From: Vibrio vulnificus CMCP6
Lineage (GTDB): Bacteria > Pseudomonadota > Gammaproteobacteria > Enterobacterales > Vibrionaceae
Length of the DNA: 32,000 nucleotides
Reading direction: 5' to 3'
NCBI RefSeq assembly: GCF_000039765.1
Contig: NC_004459.3
Coordinates: forward strand, 2,001,127-2,033,126
In this document: piece after piece, positions 1 to 10,898 of the stretch
Numbering within the stretch: the stretch's first letter is position 1
Layout of the letters: each line of letters begins with the position of its first letter
Notes under the pieces: model-generated
The model's database searches: none
What the model saw: only the letters and a program-made list of their open reading frames with translations
What the model was told of the DNA's origin: nothing
Made by a program: the position numbers and the translations under genes

Positions 1-2
1 AT

Positions 3-242
3 ATGGAAGTGGTCGGCGAATCAGGCGCAGGCTTGGTGAAAGTCACCATCACTGGTAGCCACAGCGTACGTCGTGTCAACATCGATGAAAGCTTGATGGA
101 AGATGACAAAGAGATGCTTGAAGACTTGATCGCAGCAGCATTTAACGATGCAGCACGCCGCGTTGAAGAAACTCAAAAAGAGAAAATGGCAGCAATCACT
201 GGCGGTATGCAACTACCACCAGGCATGAAAATGCCGTTTTAA
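3..242 (+). CDS. ybaB: YbaB/EbfC family nucleoid-associated protein, C-terminal part (5' end outside window)
   Basis: Translated ORF ...[39 protein letters not shown]...[13 protein letters not shown] matches the YbaB C-terminus; directly upstream of recR as usual. Confidence 0.95.
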   Translation: MEVVGESGAGLVKVTITGSHSVRRVNIDESLMEDDKEMLEDLIAAAFNDAARRVEETQKEKMAAITGGMQLPPGMKMPF

Positions 243-257
243 TCGAAAAGGTTAACT

Positions 258-860
258 ATGCGTACCAGCCATATGCTGGAACAATTGATGGAGGCCTTAC
301 GTTGTTTGCCTGGGGTTGGCCCCAAGTCAGCACAGCGTATGGCCTTTCATTTGTTACAGCGAGATAGAAAAGGCGGCCTGCAGCTTGCGGATGCATTAAG
401 TCATGCCATGACGGAAATTGGTCACTGTAACGAGTGCCGTACTTTTACCGAAGAAGACGTTTGTCATATCTGCAACAACCCAAAACGCCAAGAAAACGGA
501 TTATTGTGTGTGGTCGAAAGCCCTGCCGATATCGCTGCGGTGGAAGCCACAGGACAATTCTCTGGTCGTTACTTTGTGTTGATGGGGCACCTATCACCGC
601 TTGATGGTATTGGACCTAGTGATATTGGCCTCGATGTCCTCGATTATCGTCTGCGTCGCGGTGATATCAAAGAAGTGATCTTAGCGACCAACCCTACCGT
701 GGAAGGTGAAGCGACTGCGCACTACATCGCTGAACTTTGTCGAGAGCATAAAGTGGACGCCAGTCGAATTGCTCATGGTGTGCCCGTCGGTGGGGAGCTT
801 GAGCTGGTGGATGGCACTACGCTCTCCCATTCGTTATTGGGCAGACACAAACTCAACTAA
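258..860 (+). CDS. recR: Recombination mediator RecR
   Basis: [34 protein letters not shown], zinc finger [16 protein letters not shown], Toprim-like region [12 protein letters not shown]. Confidence 0.97.
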   Translation: MRTSHMLEQLMEALRCLPGVGPKSAQRMAFHLLQRDRKGGLQLADALSHAMTEIGHCNECRTFTEEDVCHICNNPKRQENGLLCVVESPADIAAVEATGQFSGRYFVLMGHLSPLDGIGPSDIGLDVLDYRLRRGDIKEVILATNPTVEGEATAHYIAELCREHKVDASRIAHGVPVGGELELVDGTTLSHSLLGRHKLN

Positions 861-864
861 TACC

Positions 865-893
865 AAAGCGATGCTGTCACAGCATCGCTTTTT
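865..893 (+). terminator. Rho-independent terminator of ybaB-recR
   Basis: Perfect 12-bp stem aaagcgatgctg/cagcatcgcttt followed by T run. Confidence 0.85.
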
Positions 894-921
894 CATTGCG
901 TCTTTTTCTTTGATGAACGAG

Positions 922-2067
922 TTAAGATTCGGGATCCATGACTAATCGCCAATGTGAGTCGATCACGGGTGATGGCATGTAGTAGAAGTGCTGTTCGCCA
1001 CTGTGTAGGTAGCTGAGATACTCACTCAATATCCTACAAGTGGTCTGCTCGCACGTTGGGTTGATCAACAACGCAACTCCATCTAGATCACTATTTGCAG
1101 GCAGTGAGACACACGAAGATGCTTCCTTGTTTGGGCTGATGCACAGCAAAGCCGCGCGTGTGGTGAGTTTTTCCAAAAGGGTAAAAAGTGCTTGTTCGCC
1201 AAGTGCATTTGGCGTTCTTATTTCCAAGCGTATCTCGCTAACCCCCTTAAGCTGCATAAGCGCATCGTCGAGCTGCTTTGTGAAATCGGCCAGCGAAACA
1301 TCATGCAGCGCATCTATCTCATGCAGCTCACCTATATCATGGAGTGCGTCTTGCTCATGTAGAGCGCCTATCTCAAGCAAGCCGATGCCATTGTCTTGAC
1401 GGCTGTGAACCGCGAGGGCTCTTGTTGGGTTGGCTCTCCATTGCTCTGCCGACGGTGATTGTATGGCGGTTAGCCTTGATCCGCTCAGCTCGGTGAACAT
1501 GGCCTCGACTAATGAACGCCATTGCTCTTCGTTTTGCGCCTGTGCCGCTTTGATCAAATAGGGCTGATAAAGCTTTTGCCACTCATCTTGAATTTGATCG
1601 TAGTGCGGATAGTTTGTCGCTATGCTTTGCCAAAGTTGCTGGTAGTCGTCTTCATAGCCCAATGAGTTTCGTGCTGCAACAACCGGTTGAGGCTCACGCA
1701 GCACAATCTTAACTCGGTCCGTATTGGTGCGATCACCACTGTCTTTAGCGTAAAGTTCAAAGATGTACGTTCCTGCAACGGTCGGGTTGAGCAGTGTGGC
1801 CGTAAAGCTGTCAGCATTTAAAATGGTTAGGCTCTGTGGACCAGAAATTTGTCGCCATTGCTTGGTCTTGATAGAGAACACCAGTTTCGGCCAACTTTTG
1901 GCAGAACCATGCAGGGTAATGGTGTCGATGGGCAACGTATGGTATTGGTCGGAACCTGCGTTGACCGTTGGCTTAGTGTATTTGGTGGCATCACTGGCAT
2001 CATCAACATCGCACCCAGCGAGGAACAGCAGTGTGGCTATTAAGACGATTTTGAGTAAGTTACACAT
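922..2067 (-). CDS. Lipoprotein with PKD/REJ-like Ig-fold N-terminal domain, unknown function
   Basis: Lipobox LFLAGC after signal peptide; repeat-like region PTVNAGSDQYHTLPIDTITLHGSA...WRQISGPQ...AGTYIFELYAKD; strong RBS (ggagg) before ATG. Confidence 0.75.
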   Translation of the reverse strand: MCNLLKIVLIATLLFLAGCDVDDASDATKYTKPTVNAGSDQYHTLPIDTITLHGSAKSWPKLVFSIKTKQWRQISGPQSLTILNADSFTATLLNPTVAGTYIFELYAKDSGDRTNTDRVKIVLREPQPVVAARNSLGYEDDYQQLWQSIATNYPHYDQIQDEWQKLYQPYLIKAAQAQNEEQWRSLVEAMFTELSGSRLTAIQSPSAEQWRANPTRALAVHSRQDNGIGLLEIGALHEQDALHDIGELHEIDALHDVSLADFTKQLDDALMQLKGVSEIRLEIRTPNALGEQALFTLLEKLTTRAALLCISPNKEASSCVSLPANSDLDGVALLINPTCEQTTCRILSEYLSYLHSGEQHFYYMPSPVIDSHWRLVMDPES

Positions 2068-2082
2068 CTTAAGTCCTCCGGA

Positions 2083-3082
2083 TCAGAAACTGTAGCTAAT
2101 GCCAGTGGAGAGAAAGGCCTCTTCACTGTCGTAAAAATCGATATCAGAATCCGACTCTTGATAACCCGCCATGACGTTCAGTTGGGTATTTCGCCAGCCC
2201 CAAAGATCGGCATAGCTGTAGACGGAGAAAAAGCCAAAGCTCTCGTAATCTTGCTTGCGAGAAAAAACGGGGTTGTCTGCATCAAAACTGGCAGAGCTAT
2301 TTCTCAGCGTTGTGATAACACTGTGTCTGCCTTGGGCGACAAGAAACGACATCTGTGCGGTCAATAATTGATTGCTTTTGGCATCGCCATCGGCGTCGCG
2401 CAGCGTGTAGTAAAACGCAGGGGACAGTACAAACGATTGGCTCAAAGGAAAGGAGATCTCTGCGCCAAAGCGTTGATAGTCGCTGGCACGCTTTAATTGT
2501 GAACGAGCTTCAGTAGTTAACCCTTGTGAGAGGCCGATGTCGTCGTATTCAACTTCGCTGCTGGCGACAGCGTATTTCAAACTGATTGGCAAAGGGCTGG
2601 TGATGTCCATAGCGAATCTTACGCCACCGACCGTTTGCTCCGTTGTTTGCCTTTTTTGACCAGTGAGATAAGGGTCACGCCAGACTTCTTCCATGCTAGG
2701 GACATTCCCAAAGAGTGCGGTAGTGAGGATCATGGCGTTGTTGAACCGATGTGCAACGCCCAGTTCAGCTTGAAATTGCGCTTCTGCTATCTGTTCTTCA
2801 CTATTGCCAAGAAAGACTAACGTGTCGCCAAAGCTGTATTGCAATCGGCCAAGAAAAAATGGAGACGCTTGTGATAGCTTTTTGCCTTGGTTGGTGAGAT
2901 CGGCGGTGATTTCATTATCTTCATGAGTGTTGTTTTGTGATTGGCTTTGGCCAAATCCAATATTAATACTGATGGTGCCGCTGAATCCGGGATCAAACGG
3001 GTCCGGCTCTGCCAAGCTATATGAAGAGGCGAGTGCAGCAATCGCACTAAGTAGTATTGCCGCGCGTGTTGGGGAAACTTGC
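2083..3082 (-). CDS. DUF2860-like outer-membrane protein
   Basis: Signal peptide from internal ATG at 3082 (MQVSPTRAAILLSAIAALASSYSLAEPDPFDPGFSGTISINIGFGQSQSQ) with aagga RBS; terminal ...TGISYSF typical of OM beta-barrels. ORF track extends to 3117 but 3082 looks like the true start. Confidence 0.75.
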
Positions 3083-3183
3083 ATGCTAATTCCTTGTGAA
3101 TGACGTTTGAAAGCCATTCCAAATTAGCATTCACCACATCGATAAATCGTTGGTGTTTTATGGACGAATTGTGTCCATTTTGG

Positions 3184-4791
3184 TCACAATTCCGACTCGG
3201 CAGTATTCGGATGCAGCTCAGGCCACTGCAGTTCAAACGCAGCACCACCCAAAGTCGATGACACCACTTTCGCGTTGCCTTTGTGCCAAAGCATGATTTG
3301 TTTAACGATCGCCAATCCTAACCCATGTCCTTTTTCGCTACTGCGTGCTTGGTTATCAAGCTGAGTGAAAGGTTCAAAAATGCGTTCTGCGTGTTCATTG
3401 GGCACACCTTGGCCATCGTCTTCCACCGTAATGTGAAATGCGCTGCCACTGTATTTAAACGAGACAATAATGGTACTTTGAGCAAATCGGCTTGCATTGG
3501 TAAGAAGGTTTTTCACCGCGCGCATCAATCCTTTGTTGTCGATGAACATGCGGTGCTGTTTTAACTCTGGCGAGCAGTAAAACTGGATATCGAGATCGGG
3601 ATGCTGAAGTTTGAAATCATCGATTTCATTGAGCAACTCCCTAGCAAAGCAACATGGTGAAAAATGGGTGATATCGGCAATCCGATTGTAGCGAGAGAGC
3701 AGTAAATTCTGATTGATGAGATGGTCGAGATCATCAATGCTTGTGTGCAGTGCGCGTTGATATTTCTCTTTTTGCGCGTCGCTGGTGTGAGGATCTTCCA
3801 GCATCTCAATCGCAAAGCGCAGCCGATACAATGGCGTACGTAAATCGTGTGCGACGGCGTTGGTCAGTTCACGCTGCCGAGCAATGAGACTCTCGATATT
3901 GTCGGCCATGTTGTTGAAGGAGTCACTGAGTTGAGAAACCACCGAGAGCTTGGAAGCTCGCGCCCGTTGTGACAGTTTGCCTTGGCCAAATTCGGTGGCG
4001 GTTGCCACCAGTCGAGTTAAGTCACGCCAAAGTGGATAAACCCACAAAATCAAAGCAAGCGAAATCAGTAGGAAGAACATCAGCGCGATGGTGGTGCTCA
4101 ACTTGAGTTGTACGGCTTGCGATAAGTTATCTTGGACGTGTAACCACAAGCCATCATCGATGGGGGCAAGCAGCTCGACGCGTCCCTCATCATTGATATA
4201 ACTAACAATCTCGTCGGGGGAGTTCAACAAAGCGAGCTTGGCAGTCTCGCTAAGTTGCGTTTCGTTGGTCAAACTAATGTGGACAGGGAGTTTGGCGTTG
4301 GTTTGTGCTAGCGTGTTTTTCCACTCACTTTTAGGCAGTTGACGCAGATCTTCAATCGCTAATGAGAGTGTACCCTTGGCCTGATTGAGCACTGCATGCT
4401 CGGTGGATTCGTTAAGAGCGATATACAGCACTTGGTCACTGTCACCAACTCGTTGTAAGAGCGCCATTGGGTCGGCATAAAGAAACGTTACTTGGCCTTG
4501 TTGTAGTGAAGCATAGATGGCTTTGTCGGCTTGGTAATCTGCCAACGTTTGGAGCTTCACAGGATAGGCAAAGCTTTTGGCATAGTGGTCGATCGTTTGT
4601 TGCCACTGAGTCGTGGGTTGCTGCAAGAGTTTGTTGGACAACACCTCAAAGTTCACCCGATAGATCGGCTTATAGAAATCTTCGGAAAACTGCTCGTTGA
4701 GTTTTAAAACCGGGTTTACACCACTGGGGATGATCAACAAAGTAGTCGGTACAAACACCGCCAACCATAAGATGGCAAATGCGCGAATCAT
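3184..4791 (-). CDS. Sensor histidine kinase, RstB-like
   Basis: HAMP-like region, H-box AVAHDLRTPLYRLRFAIEML, N-box NLLTNASRFA, G boxes VEDDGQGVP / GHGLGLAIVKQI. ATG at 4791 overlaps the upstream regulator stop (ATGA). Confidence 0.9.
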   Translation of the reverse strand: MIRAFAILWLAVFVPTTLLIIPSGVNPVLKLNEQFSEDFYKPIYRVNFEVLSNKLLQQPTTQWQQTIDHYAKSFAYPVKLQTLADYQADKAIYASLQQGQVTFLYADPMALLQRVGDSDQVLYIALNESTEHAVLNQAKGTLSLAIEDLRQLPKSEWKNTLAQTNAKLPVHISLTNETQLSETAKLALLNSPDEIVSYINDEGRVELLAPIDDGLWLHVQDNLSQAVQLKLSTTIALMFFLLISLALILWVYPLWRDLTRLVATATEFGQGKLSQRARASKLSVVSQLSDSFNNMADNIESLIARQRELTNAVAHDLRTPLYRLRFAIEMLEDPHTSDAQKEKYQRALHTSIDDLDHLINQNLLLSRYNRIADITHFSPCCFARELLNEIDDFKLQHPDLDIQFYCSPELKQHRMFIDNKGLMRAVKNLLTNASRFAQSTIIVSFKYSGSAFHITVEDDGQGVPNEHAERIFEPFTQLDNQARSSEKGHGLGLAIVKQIMLWHKGNAKVVSSTLGGAAFELQWPELHPNTAESEL

Positions 4792-5507
4792 AATGAAACC
4801 TCCCAAGAAGAGGCACACAGCTGATAACCAACGCCGCGAATGGTCTTAATTAAGGTTGGTTCGTTGGGGTCATCATTGAGGGTGCGGCGCAGGCGAGAAA
4901 TTCTTCGGTCGATGGAGCGATCTAATCCGTCATATTCAAAGCCGCGAATGTGCTGTGCGATGTCATCGCGTGATACCACTTGGCCAACGTGTCTGGCCAA
5001 GAGCAGCAGCAGTTCAAACTCAGAGGTGGTCAGTTTGAGCGCTTGCTGATGCAATGTGACACTGCGGTGTTGCAAATTAATCACCAAAGGGCCGAGCTGT
5101 AAGTCATCTTTGTTGCTTTCTGCCGTTAAACGTTCGTGTCTGCGCAGCAACGCGCGAATGCGCGACAGCAGTAATCTTGGTTTTACTTGCTTCACGATGT
5201 AGTCATCTGCACCCAGTTCTAATCCCATGACTTGGTCAATGTCGTCATCTAGGGCCGTTTGCATCAAAATCATGCCATGGTACTTACTGCGTATCGCTTT
5301 ACACACTTCCATGCCGCTTTGCCCAGGCAACATAACATCGAGAATCACCAAATCAGGTTGGTTTGACAAGATTGCATCGACGGCATGAAAGCCATCCGAG
5401 ACGATATCAATCTGAAATTCATAGTTTTGTAGAAAATCTTTGATCAACTCAGCGAGTTCCAAGTCGTCTTCGACAAGAATAATCCGATATGAGGCTGGTG
5501 AGGTCAT
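4788..5507 (-). CDS. OmpR-family response regulator, RstA-like
   Basis: Receiver domain IILVEDDLELAELI...LVILDVMLPG and wHTH domain SRLRRTLNDDPNEPTLIKTIRGVGYQL; start ATG at 5507 fits the family better than the 5858 ORF start. Confidence 0.9.
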   Translation of the reverse strand: MTSPASYRIILVEDDLELAELIKDFLQNYEFQIDIVSDGFHAVDAILSNQPDLVILDVMLPGQSGMEVCKAIRSKYHGMILMQTALDDDIDQVMGLELGADDYIVKQVKPRLLLSRIRALLRRHERLTAESNKDDLQLGPLVINLQHRSVTLHQQALKLTTSEFELLLLLARHVGQVVSRDDIAQHIRGFEYDGLDRSIDRRISRLRRTLNDDPNEPTLIKTIRGVGYQLCASSWEVSL

Positions 5508-5627
5508 AGTGTTGCGTGGCAGAGAGTCAATAATAAAACTATAACCCAGTTCAATGAATCGCTCTGTGACCATTTGTGACCAAGTCACAAAGTTGTGATG
5601 TGTTTTATAAAATATTAAGAAGCAATA

Positions 5628-5656
5628 GAAAAAGAGCCGCTCGAATCGGCGGCTCG
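5628..5656 (-). terminator. Terminator downstream of aqpZ
   Basis: Stem gagccgc/gcggctc followed on the minus strand by TTTTTC. Confidence 0.75.
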
Positions 5657-5662
5657 CTGTGA

Positions 5663-6358
5663 TTAGTCTTTGTTCGACCCTGAAATCAACTTGTAGGCCA
5701 CCGCCCCTAGTAGTGCGCCTAAAATCGGCGCAACCCAGAATAGCCAAAGTTGCGCGGTGGCCCAATCGCCAACATAGAGAGCAACGCCGGTACTTCGAGC
5801 AGGGTTGACCGATGTATTGGTCACTGGAATGCTGATGAGGTGGATAAGTGTGAGGCACAGACCGATAGCGATGGGCGCAAAACCTTGAGGTGCACGCTGA
5901 TCTGTTGCGCCAAGAATCACCAGCAAAAACATCATGGTCATCACGACTTCGGTCACCAGCGCAGAAGTCAGCGAATAGCCACCGGGAGAATGCTCACCAT
6001 AACCGTTAGAGGCAAAACCCGAGCTCGTCGCATCGAAGCCCATTTGACCAGAGGCGATGGTATAAAGCACACCACCGGCAATGACGCCACCAATCACTTG
6101 AGCAAGGATATAAGGCACAATTTCTTTGGCTTCAAATCGACCACCGGCCCATAAGCCAATGGTGACGGCAGGGTTCAAGTGGCAGCCGGAAATATGGCCG
6201 ATAGCAAAAGCCATGGTGAGCACCGTCAAACCGAACGCGAGGGATACGCCTAGCAGGCCAATCCCAACGTCCGGAAAGGCGGCCGCCAACACGGCACTGC
6301 CACATCCACCAAGCACCAGCCAAAAGGTGCCAAATAATTCCGCCAGATATTTATTCAT
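5663..6358 (-). CDS. aqpZ: Aquaporin Z
   Basis: MIP motifs [14 protein letters not shown] and [14 protein letters not shown]; start [29 protein letters not shown] at 6358. Confidence 0.96.
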
Positions 6359-6580
6359 ACAATGTCCTATTGAGAGGGGGAGTATTGGAATAAAAATAGC
6401 CGACAATCAGCACCTTGCTAGAAAGTGTCGTGATATTGTGTCGCGAAATTCTCCTTGGGGCTGTGTTTTCTTAGAGCTAAGAAATGTTTCACCATTTTGA
6501 GAGGAGATTGCTCAGCTCATCTATCGAAAAGGCGTGCAGGTAGAGGAAAGAAAAAGCGTTCAACCAAGCAGATAAGGAGA

Positions 6581-6829
6581 TTAAGTAAGCTGCTCTAACT
6601 CGGTAATATTGTCGAGTGCTTGTTGATTGGTTGTGCCGCAAACCACAGGGCACGGTTTGAATTCATGGCAAACTTTTGGGCGCTCCGGCTGACCAAACAG
6701 TTTACAAAGATTGTGTTCGTTGAGTTGAATGCAGCGTACACCAGCAGGTTTACCATTTGGCATTCCTGGAATGGCGGAAGAGATACTTGGGGCGATGCAG
6801 CAAGCGCCACAACCGAGTCTGCAATCCAT
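6581..6829 (-). CDS. YkgJ family cysteine-cluster protein
   Basis: MDCRLGCGACCIAPSISS...GKPAGVRCIQL...CKLFG..RPKVCHEFKP cysteine cluster. Confidence 0.9.
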   Translation of the reverse strand: MDCRLGCGACCIAPSISSAIPGMPNGKPAGVRCIQLNEHNLCKLFGQPERPKVCHEFKPCPVVCGTTNQQALDNITELEQLT

Positions 6830-6969
6830 CTTAGTTACCTGTCAAAAATCAAGGGGCGCGATAGTAGCAGAAATTTACGATGAACTGAATGGACAATTTT
6901 TGCCCTTGCACTTTGAGGCCCGCAGGAGTATAAAACGGCTCCCGTCAGTAGAAAGTAAGAAGAAGTCCT

Positions 6970-7407
6970 ATGAGCACACCATTTTGGCAATCAAAAACTT
7001 TGCAAGAGATGACAGAGCAAGAGTGGGAGTCACTTTGCGATGGTTGCGGAAAATGCTGTTTGCACAAATTAATGGACGAAGAGACTGATGAAGTCTTTTA
7101 CACCAATGTGGCTTGTAGCTGGCTAAACAGTAAAACCTGTTCATGCAAAGATTATCCAAATCGTTTTTCTTCAGGTGAAAACTGCCTAAAGCTGACTCAG
7201 GATAAAATCGCAGAGTTCCATTGGCTACCGCGCACCTGTGCTTATCGCCGACTTTCAGAAAACCAACCTTTGCCGGAGTGGCATCCTCTTATTACCGGTT
7301 GTAAGTCAGCCATGCATGCAGCAGGGCAGAGCATTCGTAACCGAGTGGTTTACGAAATTGATGTGAAAGATTGGGAAGACCACGTCATTGAGAATCCAGA
7401 TTACTAA
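6970..7407 (+). CDS. YcgN/UPF0260 family cysteine-cluster protein
   Basis: [35 protein letters not shown]...CSCKDYPNR...WLPRTCAYR. Confidence 0.9.
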
Positions 7408-7429
7408 GTACTGGCTAAGAGGCAGAGAC

Positions 7430-7455
7430 AAAAAGGCACGAGAACGTGCCTTTTT
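7430..7455 (+). terminator. Rho-independent terminator
   Basis: aaaaaggcacg-agaa-cgtgccttttt perfect hairpin; works for both strands. Confidence 0.85.
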
Positions 7456-7482
7456 GCTTATTGAGTCGTGCGCGCACTCGCT

Positions 7483-7776
7483 TTATGCAACTTCCGCACT
7501 TTCGAAGAAAGTAATCTCAGGCTCTTGTGCCAACAAGCCATCAAGCTTTGCTATCAAGGCATGAAAATATGGCTGGTCGCAGTGGAAATCGAAAGCGGCT
7601 TGATCAGCAAATAATTCTTGGAAAAGGAATTTAGTGGCATCGTTTTTGTCTTTTAAAAGTACATAACGCAGGCAGCCTTGTTCATTTCTGGTGGGCTCGA
7701 GCATAGCCGTTAATACTGAATGCAGTTGGGTCTCTTTGCCTGCTTGGGCAACAAAAGCCGCGGTAACATGAATCAT
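7483..7776 (-). CDS. Putative quinol monooxygenase (ABM-domain)
   Basis: MIHVTAAFVAQAGKETQLHSVLTAMLEPTRNEQGCLRYVLLKD...FLFQELFADQAAFDFHCDQPYF. Confidence 0.85.
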   Translation of the reverse strand: MIHVTAAFVAQAGKETQLHSVLTAMLEPTRNEQGCLRYVLLKDKNDATKFLFQELFADQAAFDFHCDQPYFHALIAKLDGLLAQEPEITFFESAEVA

Positions 7777-7952
7777 TGTGTTTGGTCCTCTTTGTTATGG
7801 GCCAACTCAAACTTCGTGTGTTGATGTTGGCGTAAAAGGCTGAATTTAGGGAACAGGAGACCAGGTCATTGCTAACAATGACGGCCCCTTAATGAGTTTT
7901 TTAAATAATGTCTAACCCTAAACTCAAGCCGAAAATCGTATTCGAGTGATGC

Positions 7953-8348
7953 TTATTGGTAGCGGCCTTGGCGCTGCAAAAACTCGATTTTGTATCCGTC
8001 TGGGTCGGTGATAAAGAAGAAGGTCGCAAGGTGTTTTTGGTTGTGATCCATCGCTTTCACATCACTGGGTGCTATCCCTAAATCGCGTAGGCGTTTATGA
8101 GCGAGTTCGATGTCTTCGACGCACACTGCAAGGTGGCCGTAGCCTGTCCCATGTGTGTAGGGATCACTCATGCCGTGATTGTAAGTCAACTCAAGCTCGA
8201 AGCCGGTGGTTTTGTTGGCGAGGTAAGTCAGAGTGAAAGTATCGAAAACAAATTGGTCTTTGATTTCGAGTTCTAGTGCATCACGGTAGAAAGCGATCGA
8301 TCTGTCGAGATCGCTGACACGGATCATGCTGTGAATCATTTTGGTCAT
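7953..8348 (-). CDS. Lactoylglutathione lyase-like VOC protein
   Basis: MIHSMIRVSDLDRSIAFYRDALELEIKDQF...GFELELTYNHG...GTGYGHLAVCVEDI...FITDPDGYKIEFLQR glyoxalase I pattern. Confidence 0.88.
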   Translation of the reverse strand: MTKMIHSMIRVSDLDRSIAFYRDALELEIKDQFVFDTFTLTYLANKTTGFELELTYNHGMSDPYTHGTGYGHLAVCVEDIELAHKRLRDLGIAPSDVKAMDHNQKHLATFFFITDPDGYKIEFLQRQGRYQ

Positions 8349-8419
8349 GGTGGTTCCTCATTGCGAGGCGACAGAATAATGTTGAGAAACCAACCTTTGG
8401 TAGTACGTGAGTATTACAT

Positions 8420-8728
8420 TTAAATTTGTCTATTTACGAGCTCTTGGCGCGCCACTTCGATGACGTTAGTGGGTTGGCGAGCATACATCAAGCAGGCGCA
8501 ACGCAGTAGCGAGGCAAAGTTTGAGACTTCACCATTGTGCTCAAGTGCTTCGCGATAGACGGTACTGATGAACTTCGGCACGGTTAGCTGCTGAGCGTCA
8601 GCAATCTCTTGTAAAATATCCCAGTAACTGGCTTCCAGTTTGACGCTGGTGGCGTGTCCGTCTATTCGGATCGAGCGTGTAATGGTTTGGTAATTTTCTT
8701 TGGGCTGCTTAGCAAAAATTTCACACAT
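8420..8728 (-). CDS. Ribbon-helix-helix domain protein
   Basis: TITRSIRIDGHATSVKLEASYWDILQEIADAQQLTVPKFISTVYREA RHH-like core. Start uncertain; ORF is open to 8845. Confidence 0.6.
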   Translation of the reverse strand: MCEIFAKQPKENYQTITRSIRIDGHATSVKLEASYWDILQEIADAQQLTVPKFISTVYREALEHNGEVSNFASLLRCACLMYARQPTNVIEVARQELVNRQI

Positions 8729-8895
8729 AGCGGGAAGGGCACCGTTAGGGTTGAAAAGCGTTACATACTGGCGACTAATTGGTATTCCGTCAACCTCTGG
8801 AAAAATCGCTTTATTAGCGCGCAAAACAAAATAAGAAAGCGCCATCTGGCACTTTCTTATTTGAATCTAAGGCTTTACCTGCTCATCAACCGAGC

Positions 8896-10473
8896 TTATT
8901 TCACCTGATTTTTAATGAACTCGCCCAACTCGGAATGATGCAGGATGCGCGATACTGGCAAAATCGTCTCTGCTGGTCCCCAAGCAAAAACATTCACTGG
9001 TGTATGGGTGTGTGTGCCTGTCCCCCAGACGATATTTTGCTTAGTCGCTTGCTCACGAGCGATCAGGTTGGTTCTGTCGTTGTATGGGAAAAACGCATCA
9101 AAGTCGTTAATGGCTGGCACGGTTTCCTCAGCAAGATAGCTGTGGTTGGCCAAACGATATGGATTGGGTTTGTTCTTCAGGATGTTTTCAGCTTGGCCTG
9201 CGGTAATCGAAAAATCACTATTTTTATTGATGATTTCTGCTAGTTTTGCCGCGGTTTGCTGATTTTTATCCAACTTTTCAAACGCACTAAGCATGCCATA
9301 GTAGCTGGTTTTTTGGTTGTACAAACCATCGAGAATATCGAAAGCACCAAAGTTAAAGTTCGGCGCATAATCACGATTTTCGAATGCTTTTCCCGGGCGT
9401 TTCTCTGGTTTTGGCAGATTATAGCCTGAGTAGCTAAAGCCAAAAGAGCCGGTTTCGTGGTCCGCCGTGACAATAATCAAAGTGTCATCACGATCTTTAG
9501 CCCATTGGTAAACCGTATTAATCGCTTCATCAAACTTGATCATTTCATGCAGCATTGAACCGGCATCATTGCTGTGGCCAGCCCAGTCGATTTGTCCGCC
9601 TTCAACCATCAAGAAGAAACCGTCTTTGTCCTTGGCTAGGATATCCAAGGCTTTGCTGGTCATTTCTGCCAGTGTTGGTTCTTTGCGCTCTGCGTCACCT
9701 TTGGTTTGGCTGTATGTGATGCCATCGTACATGGCTGAGTTGGCAAAAAGACCCAAAAGTTTCGTCCCTTGCGCTTGCTCTAGCATGGTTTTATTGAATG
9801 CCAGAGAGTAACCCGCTTGTTGCGCTTCCGTCAGCAAGTTGCGATCATCTTTGCGTTTTGATTTTAATGCAACGTCACCTTGAGTTAGGGCTTGTAACTG
9901 TTGATAGGTTTCACCTTTGTCGTTTGCCGATTTTGGAATCCAATGACGCAAACCACCAGACAGCAGCACATCGACATCGGTAGCAAGCATGTCAGCGGCA
10001 ATTTCATTTTCCAACGAGCGATGAGGCTGGTGGGCGGCAAAGGCAGCAGGAGTGGCGTGCGTCATGCGAGTGTCGGAAATGATGCCGGTGGCTTTGCCCA
10101 TACGTTTTGCTTTTTCGAGTACAGTTTCGACGCTGTTCCCTTGCGAATCGATGCCGATCACTTCTGAACCTGTCATGATGCCGGTCGCCAGCATGGTGGC
10201 AGAACAGGCTGAATCCACCACAATCGCGTCTTCTGGATGCGTCAGCGATGAGCCGATAACGCCTTCTTGAGCGAGAGTGTAAAGTGCGGTGGTTTTGCCT
10301 TGGTAGATGGAATTTGGCGCGTTGTTGGCGTAGGTTTCCAATAGGCCAACTTGTTGTGGCCCCATGCCATCACCAATCATCAAAATGACGTTTTTAATTT
10401 CTGCAGAAAGTGCATTAAAAGAGAGCGTAGAAGTTGCTACAACGGCAACAACGGGTTTGATCAGGTGCTTCAT
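8896..10473 (-). CDS. Alkaline phosphatase, exported
   Basis: Signal peptide; NVILMIGDGMGPQQ, nucleophile region VVDSACSATMLATG, IITADHETGSFGFS, GTHTHTPVNVFAWGP. Confidence 0.93.
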   Translation of the reverse strand: MKHLIKPVVAVVATSTLSFNALSAEIKNVILMIGDGMGPQQVGLLETYANNAPNSIYQGKTTALYTLAQEGVIGSSLTHPEDAIVVDSACSATMLATGIMTGSEVIGIDSQGNSVETVLEKAKRMGKATGIISDTRMTHATPAAFAAHQPHRSLENEIAADMLATDVDVLLSGGLRHWIPKSANDKGETYQQLQALTQGDVALKSKRKDDRNLLTEAQQAGYSLAFNKTMLEQAQGTKLLGLFANSAMYDGITYSQTKGDAERKEPTLAEMTSKALDILAKDKDGFFLMVEGGQIDWAGHSNDAGSMLHEMIKFDEAINTVYQWAKDRDDTLIIVTADHETGSFGFSYSGYNLPKPEKRPGKAFENRDYAPNFNFGAFDILDGLYNQKTSYYGMLSAFEKLDKNQQTAAKLAEIINKNSDFSITAGQAENILKNKPNPYRLANHSYLAEETVPAINDFDAFFPYNDRTNLIAREQATKQNIVWGTGTHTHTPVNVFAWGPAETILPVSRILHHSELGEFIKNQVK

Positions 10474-10630
10474 TGTCTATCCCTTATTTATAAAAGCGGC
10501 GCCATTACAGCACTGCTTTGTGACACTTTTGCTGCAGACACAAAAACTTCATGAAAGTGAAAAAATCAGTAAAAAGAGCGCGTTGTGACAAACTTGAGCG
10601 AGCAATAATGGCGTCTGATTGAGCAAAAGA

Positions 10631-10654
10631 AAAAGCTCACCGAAGTGAGCTTTT
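10631..10654 (-). terminator. Hairpin terminator downstream of a small ORF or intergenic
   Basis: aaaagctcac-cgaa-gtgagctttt perfect hairpin. Confidence 0.65.
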
Positions 10655-10709
10655 GAGTAAGGGAGTTGAAATTCATGGGCTAAAGCGATTTGGGGATAGC
10701 GACAACGCG

Positions 10710-10877
10710 CTATCGTTTTTTTGCTAAAACCAATCCTTGCTGTTCCACTTCAGTGAATTTCACCTCTGCATCCAGCAAAGAAGCGATATATAAATAGCGA
10801 TTTGTTTTACATGCTTCAACCAATGAAATTTGTCGTGGCGAAAAATGCGCAGGCTCCCGACAATGTTCAACCCCCAT
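10710..10877 (-). CDS. Candidate 55-aa small protein (not in the supplied ORF track)
   Basis: Minus-strand ORF MGVEHCREPAHFSPRQISLVEACKTNRYLYIASLLDAEVKFTEVEQQGLVLAKKR*; RBS weak. Confidence 0.35.
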   Translation of the reverse strand: MGVEHCREPAHFSPRQISLVEACKTNRYLYIASLLDAEVKFTEVEQQGLVLAKKR

Positions 10878-10898
10878 TAGAGAGGATAAGTGTAAAAA

